Made by a program: the position numbers and the translations under genes. The notes under the pieces are model-generated. The model was not told the DNA's origin, did not search any database, and saw nothing but the letters and a program-made list of their open reading frames with translations. This document shows, piece by piece, positions 53,528 through 62,902 of a stretch of 64,000 bases of DNA. Numbering within the stretch: the first letter of the stretch is position 1; each line of letters begins with the position of its first letter. Source of the DNA: Candidatus Bipolaricaulota bacterium (GTDB lineage Bacteria > Bipolaricaulota > Bipolaricaulia > UBA7950 > UBA9294); assembly GCA_028277345.1 (NCBI GenBank), contig JANQGM010000039.1, positions 55,728-119,727 of the forward strand, given 5' to 3'.

Positions 53528-55336
53528 CTAGGACTCGACTTCAAGCAACAGCGATCTAAGGACATCGAGAGGTAGGCTGCCGTTCTCAAGCACGCGATCA
53601 TGGAATTCGAGCAAATCGAAGCCATCGCCAAGACGTGCTTGCATCTCCTTGCGAAGATCGAGAATCTCCAAAAAGCCGATCATATAGGCGGTCGATTGGC
53701 CGGGCCACGTGATGTATCGTTGAATCTGATTGCGCGCGAAAGACGTCGATTTTCCCGTGTTGGACGCGAAGTAGTTGACGGCGTCGACGAACTCCCAGCC
53801 CATCGCGTGAATTCCCGTATCAACGACGAGGCGGACGGCGCGCATCATCTCATCGGACAGCCTCCCCATGTTTCCGTAGGGGTCCTCGGTATACCATCCG
53901 AGTTCCCAGGCGAGCCGCTCCGCATACAAGGCCCAGCCTTCGACGAATCCAAGGAACGTGACGGTTCGCCGGATCAGAGGAAGATCCAGTTCCTGGGCGG
54001 TCGCGATTTGGAGGTGATGGCCTGGAATCGTCTCGTGATAGGTGAGCGTGGGCATAGAGTAGTAGGGCTGCGTTCCGCTTACGGAGGCTGCGAACTCTGC
54101 CGGACGGCTTCCGTTTGAGGGGCGATAGTAGCCGCCCACGGCATCCGGGGTGACAATGACATCTGTGCTGGGCAACGCGCTGAAGACATGCAGTGCATCG
54201 ACCTTGGCGCGATCCAGAATTTCCTCATAGGTCGCGATAATTCGGCTGCCTGGGATGGTGCCTCCATCCGAAGCAACGCGGCTGTAGATCGACCGAATCG
54301 ATAGGTCGTCGGCATAACCAAGGTTGGCTGCCTCTGCCTTCATCTCCGCAGAGATTCGATCGACTTGGGCTAAGCCGAGTTGATGGATCTCCTCGGCAGT
54401 CAAGTTCGTTTGGTTCTGGCCGCGAAGCACGTAGTTGTAGTACGCCAATCCATTTGGGCGTGCGGCGTAACCGATCTCTTCTGGGGCCTGGTTTCTCAGA
54501 TCCACAAGCGTCTCGTAGAGACGGCGATATGCCGGAAGGATTGACGTTTCTATGATCGATTCAGCGAGTGAGAGCACGGCATTGCGCTCGGATACGGAAT
54601 AGCTCTCAATCTCGGGCAAGGCGGCCGACAGCGTGGTAAAGAAGGGATGATAGCGTGGGGACGCTGTGACAAGCCCGCTGATGTTGGAGACGGCTTGCGC
54701 CAAATTGACGCGGGGAGGGAGAAACCCTTTTTGTGCGCGCTGTGTTGCCTCCACGATCAATTGATCGAACTGCTGTTCGACGCCCCGGAGACGAGAGATG
54801 TAATCCTCGACATCTTCGATTGAATGAAGCGGATGCGCGGCGGTTAGTAAATCGAATGTCGCCCAATCCTTACTCGTTATATAGAAGCTGGAAAGAAGGT
54901 ACTCATGCTCAGGAAAGGCGTGTCCGCGGACGGCATCCTCCCACAACCAGGCGCAAACGTCATAGGTGAGTTGCTGGTCGGAGGTGAGTTGCTCTCGGTC
55001 ATAGCGGAGAAACTGGTCGTAAATCAGCTTCTCAATCTCACGCGTTTCTGCGAGATACGAAGGGGAATAGTCATCCAAACGGTTGTTGCGCACGCCAAGC
55101 CGTTCTGCAAACCCGTAGTCCGTGATGCGCTGAGGAAAACGGAGCAGGTAGTGTTCAAATGAGCGGTCGATAAACTCGTCGAACGGGAGGTTCGCGAGTT
55201 GCGTGGCAACATCGCCAGCAGAAGGAGGCTCCCATGTGGGCTCGGAGGGCGCTGGTTCAGGAGAAGGAGCATTTCCAAGCGCGAGAAGGACGAGGCCAAG
55301 AATGACGACAAGACCGGCCAACAGGGCATTTCTCAT
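53528..55336 (-). CDS. DUF885-family protein (putative metallo-hydrolase)
   Basis: 602 aa with a signal/anchor. HETIPGHHLQ, EGWALYAERLAWELG, and a GSLPL C-terminal block. Confidence 0.8.
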   Translation of the reverse strand: MRNALLAGLVVILGLVLLALGNAPSPEPAPSEPTWEPPSAGDVATQLANLPFDEFIDRSFEHYLLRFPQRITDYGFAERLGVRNNRLDDYSPSYLAETREIEKLIYDQFLRYDREQLTSDQQLTYDVCAWLWEDAVRGHAFPEHEYLLSSFYITSKDWATFDLLTAAHPLHSIEDVEDYISRLRGVEQQFDQLIVEATQRAQKGFLPPRVNLAQAVSNISGLVTASPRYHPFFTTLSAALPEIESYSVSERNAVLSLAESIIETSILPAYRRLYETLVDLRNQAPEEIGYAARPNGLAYYNYVLRGQNQTNLTAEEIHQLGLAQVDRISAEMKAEAANLGYADDLSIRSIYSRVASDGGTIPGSRIIATYEEILDRAKVDALHVFSALPSTDVIVTPDAVGGYYRPSNGSRPAEFAASVSGTQPYYSMPTLTYHETIPGHHLQIATAQELDLPLIRRTVTFLGFVEGWALYAERLAWELGWYTEDPYGNMGRLSDEMMRAVRLVVDTGIHAMGWEFVDAVNYFASNTGKSTSFARNQIQRYITWPGQSTAYMIGFLEILDLRKEMQARLGDGFDLLEFHDRVLENGSLPLDVLRSLLLEVES

Positions 55337-55453
55337 GGAGATCGCTTCCTTGTGTTGGGGTTGATCTCATCCTGCCGGATGGCTGTGAAGATGTTGTGGA
55401 GCCACCAAGGCGGAGTGCCCTTCAGAAGGCGTTCTAGGCGCTAAGTGGGCTGC

Positions 55454-55828
55454 CTATTCAAGCCTTAGTATCTGCTTGGTCTTCTCCAATTGGTCGACCG
55501 TAAAGACCAACTTGTTCTTCTCGACACCGGCGTAGATGGAGAGCACATTGATACGATCCTCTTTGAGACGGGTGAGGAGCGTCGCCAATTCTCCCGAGTG
55601 ATGAGGAAGATCCATCACGATGGCCTCACGTTCTTCGAAGTCGATGTCCAATTCCTTTAGCTTCTTTCGCGTGCTTCCGGGATTGTCGGTGACCAAGGAA
55701 ACGACGCCTTCTTCTAGAACCGTCAAGCCGGCAATCCCTTCGATATTGACGTGCTCGTTCTTGAGCTCAACCGCCATGTCGACCAAGGCTCCGGGACAGT
55801 TGCCAATCAGAAACGAAAACTCCTTCAT
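55454..55828 (-). CDS. ACT-domain protein (two ACT-like halves)
   Basis: 124 aa with PGALVDMAVELKNEHVNI and HSGELATLLTRLKEDRINV. Confidence 0.6.
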   Translation of the reverse strand: MKEFSFLIGNCPGALVDMAVELKNEHVNIEGIAGLTVLEEGVVSLVTDNPGSTRKKLKELDIDFEEREAIVMDLPHHSGELATLLTRLKEDRINVLSIYAGVEKNKLVFTVDQLEKTKQILRLE

Positions 55829-55975
55829 GATTCACCTCCATCACTATGCTAGCACGTCGATGCCTGCCGCAGAAATGCCGGAGGACGAACGGGCATTGGC
55901 GAGACCTCCGATTTCGTTGAACGTCTCCCTCTGAATCGCATAGTGTGACGTATTAGGAGAATGAAGGGGAGGACG

Positions 55976-56401
55976 ATGCGAGCACAACTCTTCGCGTTGC
56001 TGACAGCGGCCGCCTGGGGTATCGGCGGGTATTTCGAGAAAAAAGGGCTCATGATGGGCAACCTTTCGCCTCAAGTTGGGATTACGATTCGAACGGCGGT
56101 TGCCCTCATCATTTTAGGCGCGGTCAGCGTACCTCAGTGGAGGACCATTCTTGATGCCGGCACCAAACCTCTGCTTTATGCGATTCTTGGTGGCGGCGTG
56201 CTGGCAGGAGCCATTGGCATGCTCTGCTTCTACGTGGCGCTCAAAGGAGGTAGCCTCAGCCAAGTGATGCCCATTGCCTTTACGTCGCCGTTGTTTGGCG
56301 TGCTCATGGGCGTGCTCGCAGGAGGCGCCACATTGCAGCCTCGGCAGCTCATCGGCATGGCGCTCACCGTGGGTGGCATTGCGTTGGTGTCGAGCGCTTA
56401 A
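55976..56401 (+). CDS. Single-EamA-domain small membrane transporter
   Basis: ATG at 55976 lies behind a GGAGG SD. Four or five TM segments (LLTAAAWGIGGYFEKKGL). Confidence 0.75.
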   Translation: MRAQLFALLTAAAWGIGGYFEKKGLMMGNLSPQVGITIRTAVALIILGAVSVPQWRTILDAGTKPLLYAILGGGVLAGAIGMLCFYVALKGGSLSQVMPIAFTSPLFGVLMGVLAGGATLQPRQLIGMALTVGGIALVSSA

Positions 56402-56919
56402 ATCGGATGATGAATCGGCGGTTGGGGACCGTCCGGAGTGTCCCATTCCTCGTCTGGAGCTGCGGGAGGAGGCTGGTTCTCGGAGACGTTCTCGGCATGG
56501 ATATCGGCTAGGATGAAGTTCTCGGGAGGGATCGGGAAATGATGCAATCGGCGCAACAGGGCAAGCTGTCCGGCATGAGTCATTGCATCCGCAAGCGGGC
56601 CTTGAAGAAAGTGTTCGGGCTGCCGATCGGCAAAGGTGTCCTCAAGAAAATGTTCGCGCAGCCGAGCGAGGATCTCGTGAAGGCGGATAACTTCGTCCTC
56701 TAGCGAAGGGCGGGGATCCGCGCGAAACGTGCCGCCCTCAAAGAAGGTGCAGGCATAGCCCAAGACACTGGACATGTGGCGAACAAGCTCGATCGGTGTG
56801 CGCACATCGGGAGCGGCGCGAAACGTGGAAAACTCGTCGGGTGCATCGCGGAGGGCCGTTTGCGTTCGATAAGCAAGGGCAGCCAAAAAATGAGATAACA
56901 GTTCTCGCTTGCCGGTCAT
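56398..56919 (-). CDS. DinB/YfiT-like family protein
   Basis: ATG at 56919 lies behind a GGGAGG SD. It has helix-bundle His residues (LVRHM..., DAMTHAGQLALLRR). Confidence 0.65.
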   Translation of the reverse strand: MTGKRELLSHFLAALAYRTQTALRDAPDEFSTFRAAPDVRTPIELVRHMSSVLGYACTFFEGGTFRADPRPSLEDEVIRLHEILARLREHFLEDTFADRQPEHFLQGPLADAMTHAGQLALLRRLHHFPIPPENFILADIHAENVSENQPPPAAPDEEWDTPDGPQPPIHHPI

Positions 56920-57013
56920 GAAACCTCCCATTCGTCCGTCGTGTGAGATTAACCAGCATAGCTGACACGAACGATGCAGAGTAGGGAATCGATAAAAGCG
57001 TGAAGGAATTCTA

Positions 57014-58480
57014 TTGGCGACGCCCTATACCATCCGAGAATCAACCCGAGCCAAGCATGTCCGGCTTCGCGTCAGTGCGGAAGAGGGTGTGGTTGTCGTG
57101 GTCCCCAAGGGGTTCGAACGTCACCAGATCCCGAACTTGGTCGAGCGAAAGCGCAAGTGGATCGAGCGTGCTCTGGCGAAGATCGCCGAGGAGGAGCGTC
57201 ATACGCCGTCTCCTGCGATTCGTCCGGATACTCTCGACCTGGCGGCGATTGACCAGATTTGGACCTTGGAGTGGGTGCTATCGGACGCCTCGCGCGTCAC
57301 GGTCCGACAAACCGGCACTAGGGGCTTGCAGATTCAGGGAAGTGTTGAGTCCGCGGATGGGTGGCAGGCTGCGCTGCGAAGATGGGTTATCAAGAAGGGA
57401 AAAGAACATCTCGAGCCTTGGGTTCAGAGGCTGTCCGATCAGCTGCACCTCCCCATCAAGCGGGTCACCGTTCGCTGCCAAAAGACGCGGTGGGGCAGCT
57501 ATTCGACCAATGGAACGTTGAGCTTGAATGCGCAGCTTCTGTTCCTGCCGCGGCGTTGGGCGCGATATGTCTTGCTTCACGAATTGTGCCATGTCGCGCA
57601 TCCCGATCATTCCTCCGCATTCTGGGACCTTCTCGCCCGGTACGAGCCGGACGCTGTGCGAATCCGAGACGAGATGCGCGTTTCACATACGAATCTCGTT
57701 CCCTCTTGGTTGCGGGCGCGCGAAGCAGTAACGATGATCCCCTACATTCCAGCGACCTATGAATCCACCTCGATTGACGGTGCCGTGGTCTATACTGCGC
57801 GCGAAGAGACGATGTCAACACGCGGCTTCGTAGAGGCGGCTTTCTCCAAGGCCCTGCGCAGTCTGGAGGAGATACTCGAGGTGGTGCCGACGCGGCGTGT
57901 CCACATCTGCTGCTACCGGACATCGACTGACGCGCGCGATGCCCTGAAGCGAGACGTTCCTCCGACGATGGCGATGGCGCCATTCACCGATAGGCTGAAC
58001 GGTCTGATCGTGCTCCACTCGTCGGAACTCCACCCATTGAACCGAGATGCCGTTCGCGCTCACCGGGTGCTTGCCCATGAACTGACACATCTGGTTGTCG
58101 CGGAGTTGACGCATTCCGTCAAGCGCCTTGGCGATGCCAACGCAGGGATGCGCGTGTCCGCCTGGCTGAACGAGGGATTGGCCGAGTTCGTGGGGTTTCG
58201 GGCCATCGGCGAAGAAGACCGAATCAATAACGCCATCCGCGAGTTCTATTCCTCAACGGATGAACGAACGTTCTCACAGGTCTCCTGCGTCCTCGATGCG
58301 CTTGATTCAGCGGTGCGTGCCCACGCATTCACCCTTGCGACCGGGGTCGTCGCCATTCTTGCCGAGCAGATGGGGCCCTCGTCTCTTGTACGACGAATTG
58401 ATGAGATCGAGCGCGGTCTCCCCGGAGAGGCGATGTGTTCTCACGCCACCATCTACGGCCTTCTCTCCCAAATTGGCTAG
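57014..58480 (+). CDS. YgjP/DUF45 (M48-like) metallohydrolase fused to a second HExxH peptidase-MA-like domain
   Basis: TTG start. The first half has YTIRESTRAKHVRLRV... and LLHELCHVAHPDHSSAFWDLL. The second half has LAHELTHLVVAEL ... WLNEGLAEFVG. Confidence 0.75.
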   Translation: MATPYTIRESTRAKHVRLRVSAEEGVVVVVPKGFERHQIPNLVERKRKWIERALAKIAEEERHTPSPAIRPDTLDLAAIDQIWTLEWVLSDASRVTVRQTGTRGLQIQGSVESADGWQAALRRWVIKKGKEHLEPWVQRLSDQLHLPIKRVTVRCQKTRWGSYSTNGTLSLNAQLLFLPRRWARYVLLHELCHVAHPDHSSAFWDLLARYEPDAVRIRDEMRVSHTNLVPSWLRAREAVTMIPYIPATYESTSIDGAVVYTAREETMSTRGFVEAAFSKALRSLEEILEVVPTRRVHICCYRTSTDARDALKRDVPPTMAMAPFTDRLNGLIVLHSSELHPLNRDAVRAHRVLAHELTHLVVAELTHSVKRLGDANAGMRVSAWLNEGLAEFVGFRAIGEEDRINNAIREFYSSTDERTFSQVSCVLDALDSAVRAHAFTLATGVVAILAEQMGPSSLVRRIDEIERGLPGEAMCSHATIYGLLSQIG

Positions 58481-60264
58481 GCCCCCTCGGAATGGAACGC
58501 GCTCTTGAGCAGCAGCTGCATTTCCTGGCTTCGCGTACACAACTCGTGGAGCGTTCCGGAATCTTCGATCGCGCCATCCTTCATTAGAAGGATTCGATCG
58601 GCGCGCTCCAATGCGGGTCGCCGGTGGGACACAACAAGATAGGTGCGATTGCCCCGGGCGAACGTTCGTTCCCAGAGTTGGTTTTCAGTTTCGACATCCA
58701 AGGCACTGGAGAGATCGTCGAAGACGAGCAGTTCCGGATCGCGGATGAACATTCGTGCCGCCGCCGATCGCTGGCGTTGGCCGCCCGAAAGCTTCACCCC
58801 TTTGGCGCCGATGAGCGTGTTGAGCCCCTCTTGGAGTTGGGGGACATCCTCCTCCATGACCGCGAGATGAATGGCATCGTCGATTTCTTCCCTGGCCGCG
58901 GGGACGCCCATACAGATGTTGGATTCCAGAGTGTCGGAGAACAACTGCGGCACTTGGGGCGTGTAGGCACATCGGGGAGGAACGAAGAAATCGGCGGGTC
59001 TTGAAACCGGCTGTCCGTTCCAGAGAATGCGTCCTTCATGAATGGGCAGCAAGCCGAGGAGCGCGCGTAGCAGTGTGGTCTTCCCCGACCCGATGCGCCC
59101 CGTGATGACGACGAACTCTCCGCGACTGAGCTCAAAGGAGATATCGCGCAGCTTGAATCCGTTCCCGGAGCCGTCTCCCGCCTCCGGCCAGCGAAAGTGG
59201 AGGTGCTCGACACGAAGCGAGGCCAAGCGATGAGCGGTCGTTTGCTTCGGCACGCGCAGTTTTGGAAGCGGTCCGCGGAGATGGATGGGCGCATGAGTGA
59301 CGATGGACGCGCTTGCGCCCTCGCCGACCAATCCCATCATCCGCTCCATCGAGACGGCGCCCTGCTTGAGGTGCATCATGAAATCGCCGATGACGGCGAC
59401 GAATTCGGCGAGGACACCGACATAGATGACGAACAGGGCGAAATCTCCAACGGTGAACGTTCCCGAGCGCAGGCTGTCTGCAGCGGCAAGGAGGATGAGT
59501 CCGGTGCAGAGCGTGGCCGTATTCCAGAAGAAGGAATGGAACGACTGGGACAGCAAACGGTCCTTGACCGTCGCCTTCAACCGTTCTTTGTTCAACGTTC
59601 GGACATGTTCGAGGACGTGCTTCTCCGCGCCTGCCAACTGAATGGTTTGAACGCCTTCCATGGCCTCGCCGATCGCTCCCGTCACCTTCTCTGTTGCGCG
59701 GCGACTGGCTTCGCGGAAGCGGCGAATGTGTTTGGCAACCAGTCGCGCTGCGAGGATGACAGTCAGAAGGGGGAGGACGACAATGGCGGTGATGCGGGCG
59801 TCAATGGCGATGAGAATGGCCAGCGCCACTCCGGCATAAACCACGAAAGCGGCTTGATCGACCATCCAGCTAATCGTGTCTTCGACTACTTGAACGTCAT
59901 CCCTAAATGTATTCAACGTCTCGCCCGTGGAGCGGCCAAGGGATTTGGCTCCAGGCTGTGCGAGCGCGCCGGCGAGCAGATTCCTTCTCAGCAGGGAGCC
60001 CATGGTGTAGCGATGGCGGATATCGATGAGGGCCCCGGCGAGAATCGTTCCGATTCGAATGACGCCCGCTGCGACGACCAGGGCGACGATTCCCCAAACG
60101 GTCAAGCCGGCAGGGGATGCATCGGTGATCGTATCAAAGAAGAGCTTGGCGATATAGCCGGCTCCGAGCTCGGCGAGAAGAATGGCCGTCCAAGCAGCGA
60201 AATTCGCAGCATAGAGGCCTGGGCGGTACTTGATCAATTCCCACAGCGCATATCGCATCTTCAT
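58477..60264 (-). CDS. ABC exporter half-transporter (TMD-NBD), subunit with the non-canonical Walker B
   Basis: Walker A GRIGSGKTT, signature LSGGQRQR, Walker B LLVFDD followed by L (Asp in place of the catalytic Glu). Confidence 0.9.
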   Translation of the reverse strand: MKMRYALWELIKYRPGLYAANFAAWTAILLAELGAGYIAKLFFDTITDASPAGLTVWGIVALVVAAGVIRIGTILAGALIDIRHRYTMGSLLRRNLLAGALAQPGAKSLGRSTGETLNTFRDDVQVVEDTISWMVDQAAFVVYAGVALAILIAIDARITAIVVLPLLTVILAARLVAKHIRRFREASRRATEKVTGAIGEAMEGVQTIQLAGAEKHVLEHVRTLNKERLKATVKDRLLSQSFHSFFWNTATLCTGLILLAAADSLRSGTFTVGDFALFVIYVGVLAEFVAVIGDFMMHLKQGAVSMERMMGLVGEGASASIVTHAPIHLRGPLPKLRVPKQTTAHRLASLRVEHLHFRWPEAGDGSGNGFKLRDISFELSRGEFVVITGRIGSGKTTLLRALLGLLPIHEGRILWNGQPVSRPADFFVPPRCAYTPQVPQLFSDTLESNICMGVPAAREEIDDAIHLAVMEEDVPQLQEGLNTLIGAKGVKLSGGQRQRSAAARMFIRDPELLVFDDLSSALDVETENQLWERTFARGNRTYLVVSHRRPALERADRILLMKDGAIEDSGTLHELCTRSQEMQLLLKSAFHSEGA

Positions 60265-62045
60265 ACCAACACCTCCTCCATGCCTGCTTGAAGCAGGCGG
60301 CTGAGCCTTGAGGTCGAATCGTTCATCAGATCTTGACGAGGTCCGAACTCGGCGATCCGCCCCTCATCCAGGATCAGAATTCGATCGGCGCGTTCGATTG
60401 TGGACAGTCGATGGGCAATGATGATGGCGGTGCGATCCTCCAGCAGCCGGTCGACGGCAGTTTCCAACAGGGATTCCGTTGCCGGGTCAAGGCGGGATGA
60501 GGCTTCATCCAGAATGACAAGTCCGGGATCCGCCAGGAACGCTCGCCCCAGTGAGATTAGTTGCCCTTGCCCCGCCGACAGGCCGCCACCGTCAGCCGCC
60601 AGTAGAGTATCCAGTCCATCGGAGAGCCCGAGCACCCAGTCCTTGATGCCGAGGTGATCCAGTGCTTCCAAGACCTGGGTATCCGTGATTTCGGGATTGA
60701 ACAAACGGACGTTGTCGCGAATGGACGCCCGAAACAGCTGAACTTCCTGGGGAACCTTACGCACGAAGCGGCGGAGATCGGCGATCTGTACGGCGTTTAC
60801 CGGCTGACCTCCGACTCGGACGATACCCTGTTGGGGGTCGTAGAGCCGAACGAGAAGCCGGGCCAGCGTTGTCTTTCCGCTTCCCGTCCTCCCCAGCAAG
60901 CCGAGAACCGTCCCCGGTTCCAACCCAAAGCTGATCTCGTGGAGAGCGGGGATGAGTTCGAGGGGGACCTCCTCTTCGGCGCTCTCGGTTCGTGCGGCTT
61001 CGTAAGCGAACGAGACATCGTGAAAGCTGACCCCGAGCGGACCCGTGTGGAGGCGAGAGGTTCCCTCATTGGGAAGCCGGGATGCTGTCTCCAACAGCGC
61101 TCGAATGCGGCGAATGCCGGCTTCCGCGCGTTGAAGGTCCGTAATCTGGGTTCGGATTTCCGAGATCGGTCCGCGCAGCAACTCCGTGTAGTGAAAGACC
61201 AAGTACACGGTTCCGATCGTGATCAGCGAAGCTCTCCACAGAGATGCGCCGACCCCGAAGGCGACGGCATGGCCGAAAGCGAACAAGCCGACGTTGGCCA
61301 TCCACATGGAATACCCACCCAAACTGGATCGCAGACGAACGGGGAACATCTTCTGGACGAATGCATAGAATCGATGCATGACATGGCCGACGGCGCCGTT
61401 GGCGCGAACGTCTTCTCGTCCGGAGATGTGTTCGCCAAGGAATCCGAAAAACTCGGCGGAAAGTCGCCGGTACTTCGTCCAATAGGGAACAGCTTTCTTT
61501 CGAATCCAGATCAGCAAGAATAGGGTGATGATAGCGAATCCGAAAATGGGAAGCCCGATCCGCCAGTCCTCGCGAAACAGCAATCCAAGAATTCCTAGCA
61601 CCAGGATGCCGTTTCCCACCACGTCGATCGTGAAGCGAGAGAAGAAATTCGATAGCGTCGCCACATCGCCGTCGATCCGTTCGATCATCTGGCCCGGCGT
61701 GTGGTCCTTGTGGAAAGATGCATCCAAGTGCAGGGCGTGATCGAGAAGATCGAGGCGCAAGGCATTGGTCGCCGTCCACGCGACCGTCTCGCCGACATAG
61801 GTGGCCGCGACGGCCAGGCCCTGCGAAAGCAAAGCGATTCCGAAATAGGCGAGGGCAGCGCGAATGAGAATGGGATAGGCCCCACCCTCTGTCGCGGTAT
61901 CGATGAACAGTCTAAGAATTTGTGGGTTGGCCAGACGAAGGGCAATGGTGACAAGGATGAGAAACGATAGCACAACGACCCAACGCCACTGCGACTTCAG
62001 ATAGGTCGATAGAAGGTTCCAGTACTGCCTGATCGGTACGTTCAT
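60261..62045 (-). CDS. ABC exporter half-transporter (TMD-NBD), subunit with the degenerate signature motif
   Basis: Walker A GRTGSGKTT, signature LSAGQGQL (degenerate), Walker B LVILDEAS. It overlaps its partner by 4 nt. Confidence 0.9.
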   Translation of the reverse strand: MNVPIRQYWNLLSTYLKSQWRWVVVLSFLILVTIALRLANPQILRLFIDTATEGGAYPILIRAALAYFGIALLSQGLAVAATYVGETVAWTATNALRLDLLDHALHLDASFHKDHTPGQMIERIDGDVATLSNFFSRFTIDVVGNGILVLGILGLLFREDWRIGLPIFGFAIITLFLLIWIRKKAVPYWTKYRRLSAEFFGFLGEHISGREDVRANGAVGHVMHRFYAFVQKMFPVRLRSSLGGYSMWMANVGLFAFGHAVAFGVGASLWRASLITIGTVYLVFHYTELLRGPISEIRTQITDLQRAEAGIRRIRALLETASRLPNEGTSRLHTGPLGVSFHDVSFAYEAARTESAEEEVPLELIPALHEISFGLEPGTVLGLLGRTGSGKTTLARLLVRLYDPQQGIVRVGGQPVNAVQIADLRRFVRKVPQEVQLFRASIRDNVRLFNPEITDTQVLEALDHLGIKDWVLGLSDGLDTLLAADGGGLSAGQGQLISLGRAFLADPGLVILDEASSRLDPATESLLETAVDRLLEDRTAIIIAHRLSTIERADRILILDEGRIAEFGPRQDLMNDSTSRLSRLLQAGMEEVLV

Positions 62046-62189
62046 GATGATTCCTTGACTCTATTCGGACAGGGTCCGAGGGGGCTTCGCCGTATGGCTC
62101 AGAAGGGTGTCTGCACAACTCATTCGATGAGTGTGGCATGAAACTCGGTTCAGCGTGGGCGGCGTCGACGATGTTCGAAGGTGTGGGAA

Positions 62190-62252
62190 TCAGGTCATGA
62201 ACCCCGTGCCATGCGGAACCGCGAATTGTGATCTGAGTTTTCCCTGAGTCAT
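62190..62252 (-). CDS. Candidate 20-codon upstream ORF (MTQGKLRSQFAVPHGTGFMT) in the ABC-exporter leader
   Basis: The ATG is preceded by AAAGGAGG with a 9-nt spacer. The stop lies 145 nt upstream of the exporter start. There is no homology evidence. Confidence 0.25.
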   Translation of the reverse strand: MTQGKLRSQFAVPHGTGFMT

Positions 62253-62321
62253 TTTCTCGCGCCTCCTTTCATGCCATGCCGTGTCAGGGCATGGGGTAGA
62301 TCCTTCACCAAATCATTTCGT

Positions 62322-62360
62322 TTGAAGCGAAACCGTACTCGACAACGAGTTTCGCTTCAA
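62322..62360. terminator. 12-bp perfect stem hairpin downstream of the 62444-62902 gene
   Basis: TTGAAGCGAAAC pairs with GTTTCGCTTCAA across a 15-nt loop that contains an inner TCG/CGA pair. There is no clear U-tract. Confidence 0.4.
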
Positions 62361-62443
62361 GCCTACTCCAAGGCTATCGATGGGTGGCGAGGGTGTAAAG
62401 AGGTAGGGCGGGTGGCAGAGTTTCGTTGCAAGCTTTTCGTCTC

Positions 62444-62902
62444 CTAGGTTTCCCGGTGGAATTGAAAATGCAGCTTGATCTCTTCATCCGATTCGATGAT
62501 GCGAACGTCAAGGTGATTCTTGTCGGTCAGGGTATAGACCAGCCAGCCTCCGGTATCCTCCTCGGCGTCCTGATTCGGCAGGGCGGCGAAGATGGCGCGG
62601 TGCTCCTCAAGCCCCGTCAGAATGAAGGCTTGGTACTGGGTGCGTTCCTCCCACGCCTCAAGACTGGGATGGAAGTGCTTGACGTGTAGTTCGGCGCCGA
62701 CATCCGTTGCCTTGATGATCATGAATTCGTAGAACGACACATCATCGTCGGAGATCCAGCGGAACATGCCCATCAGGGTGTGCGCATCGACGGTTGACCA
62801 GATTTCTTCGCAACGGCGCAAGTGCGCATCTTCAATCCAGGCACCACTCATCCAGGCGAGGTGTTCGAGTGAATCGGCAGCAAGCGGAGTGGTTGGCAGC
62901 AT
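62444..62902 (-). CDS. Hypothetical protein (possibly DUF6265/DUF1579-like)
   Basis: 152 aa. LAWMSGAWIE...EEIWS...MGMFRW resembles that family as I remember it. The family call is weak. Confidence 0.5.
   Translation of the reverse strand: MLPTTPLAADSLEHLAWMSGAWIEDAHLRRCEEIWSTVDAHTLMGMFRWISDDDVSFYEFMIIKATDVGAELHVKHFHPSLEAWEERTQYQAFILTGLEEHRAIFAALPNQDAEEDTGGWLVYTLTDKNHLDVRIIESDEEIKLHFQFHRET

Noticed and set aside
59197-61779. Long ORFs overlapping the ABC exporter genes (59197-60291 +, 60654-61523 +, 61066-61779 -).
   Set aside because: They are antisense to, or out of frame with, genes carrying full Walker A, signature and Walker B motifs. Their composition is biased and they have no motifs.
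62046-62443. A known riboswitch in the exporter leader.
   Set aside because: I could not match any riboswitch consensus that I know (SAM, TPP, FMN, cobalamin, glycine, purine, c-di-GMP). Only generic hairpins and a uORF are visible, and I report those as a finding.
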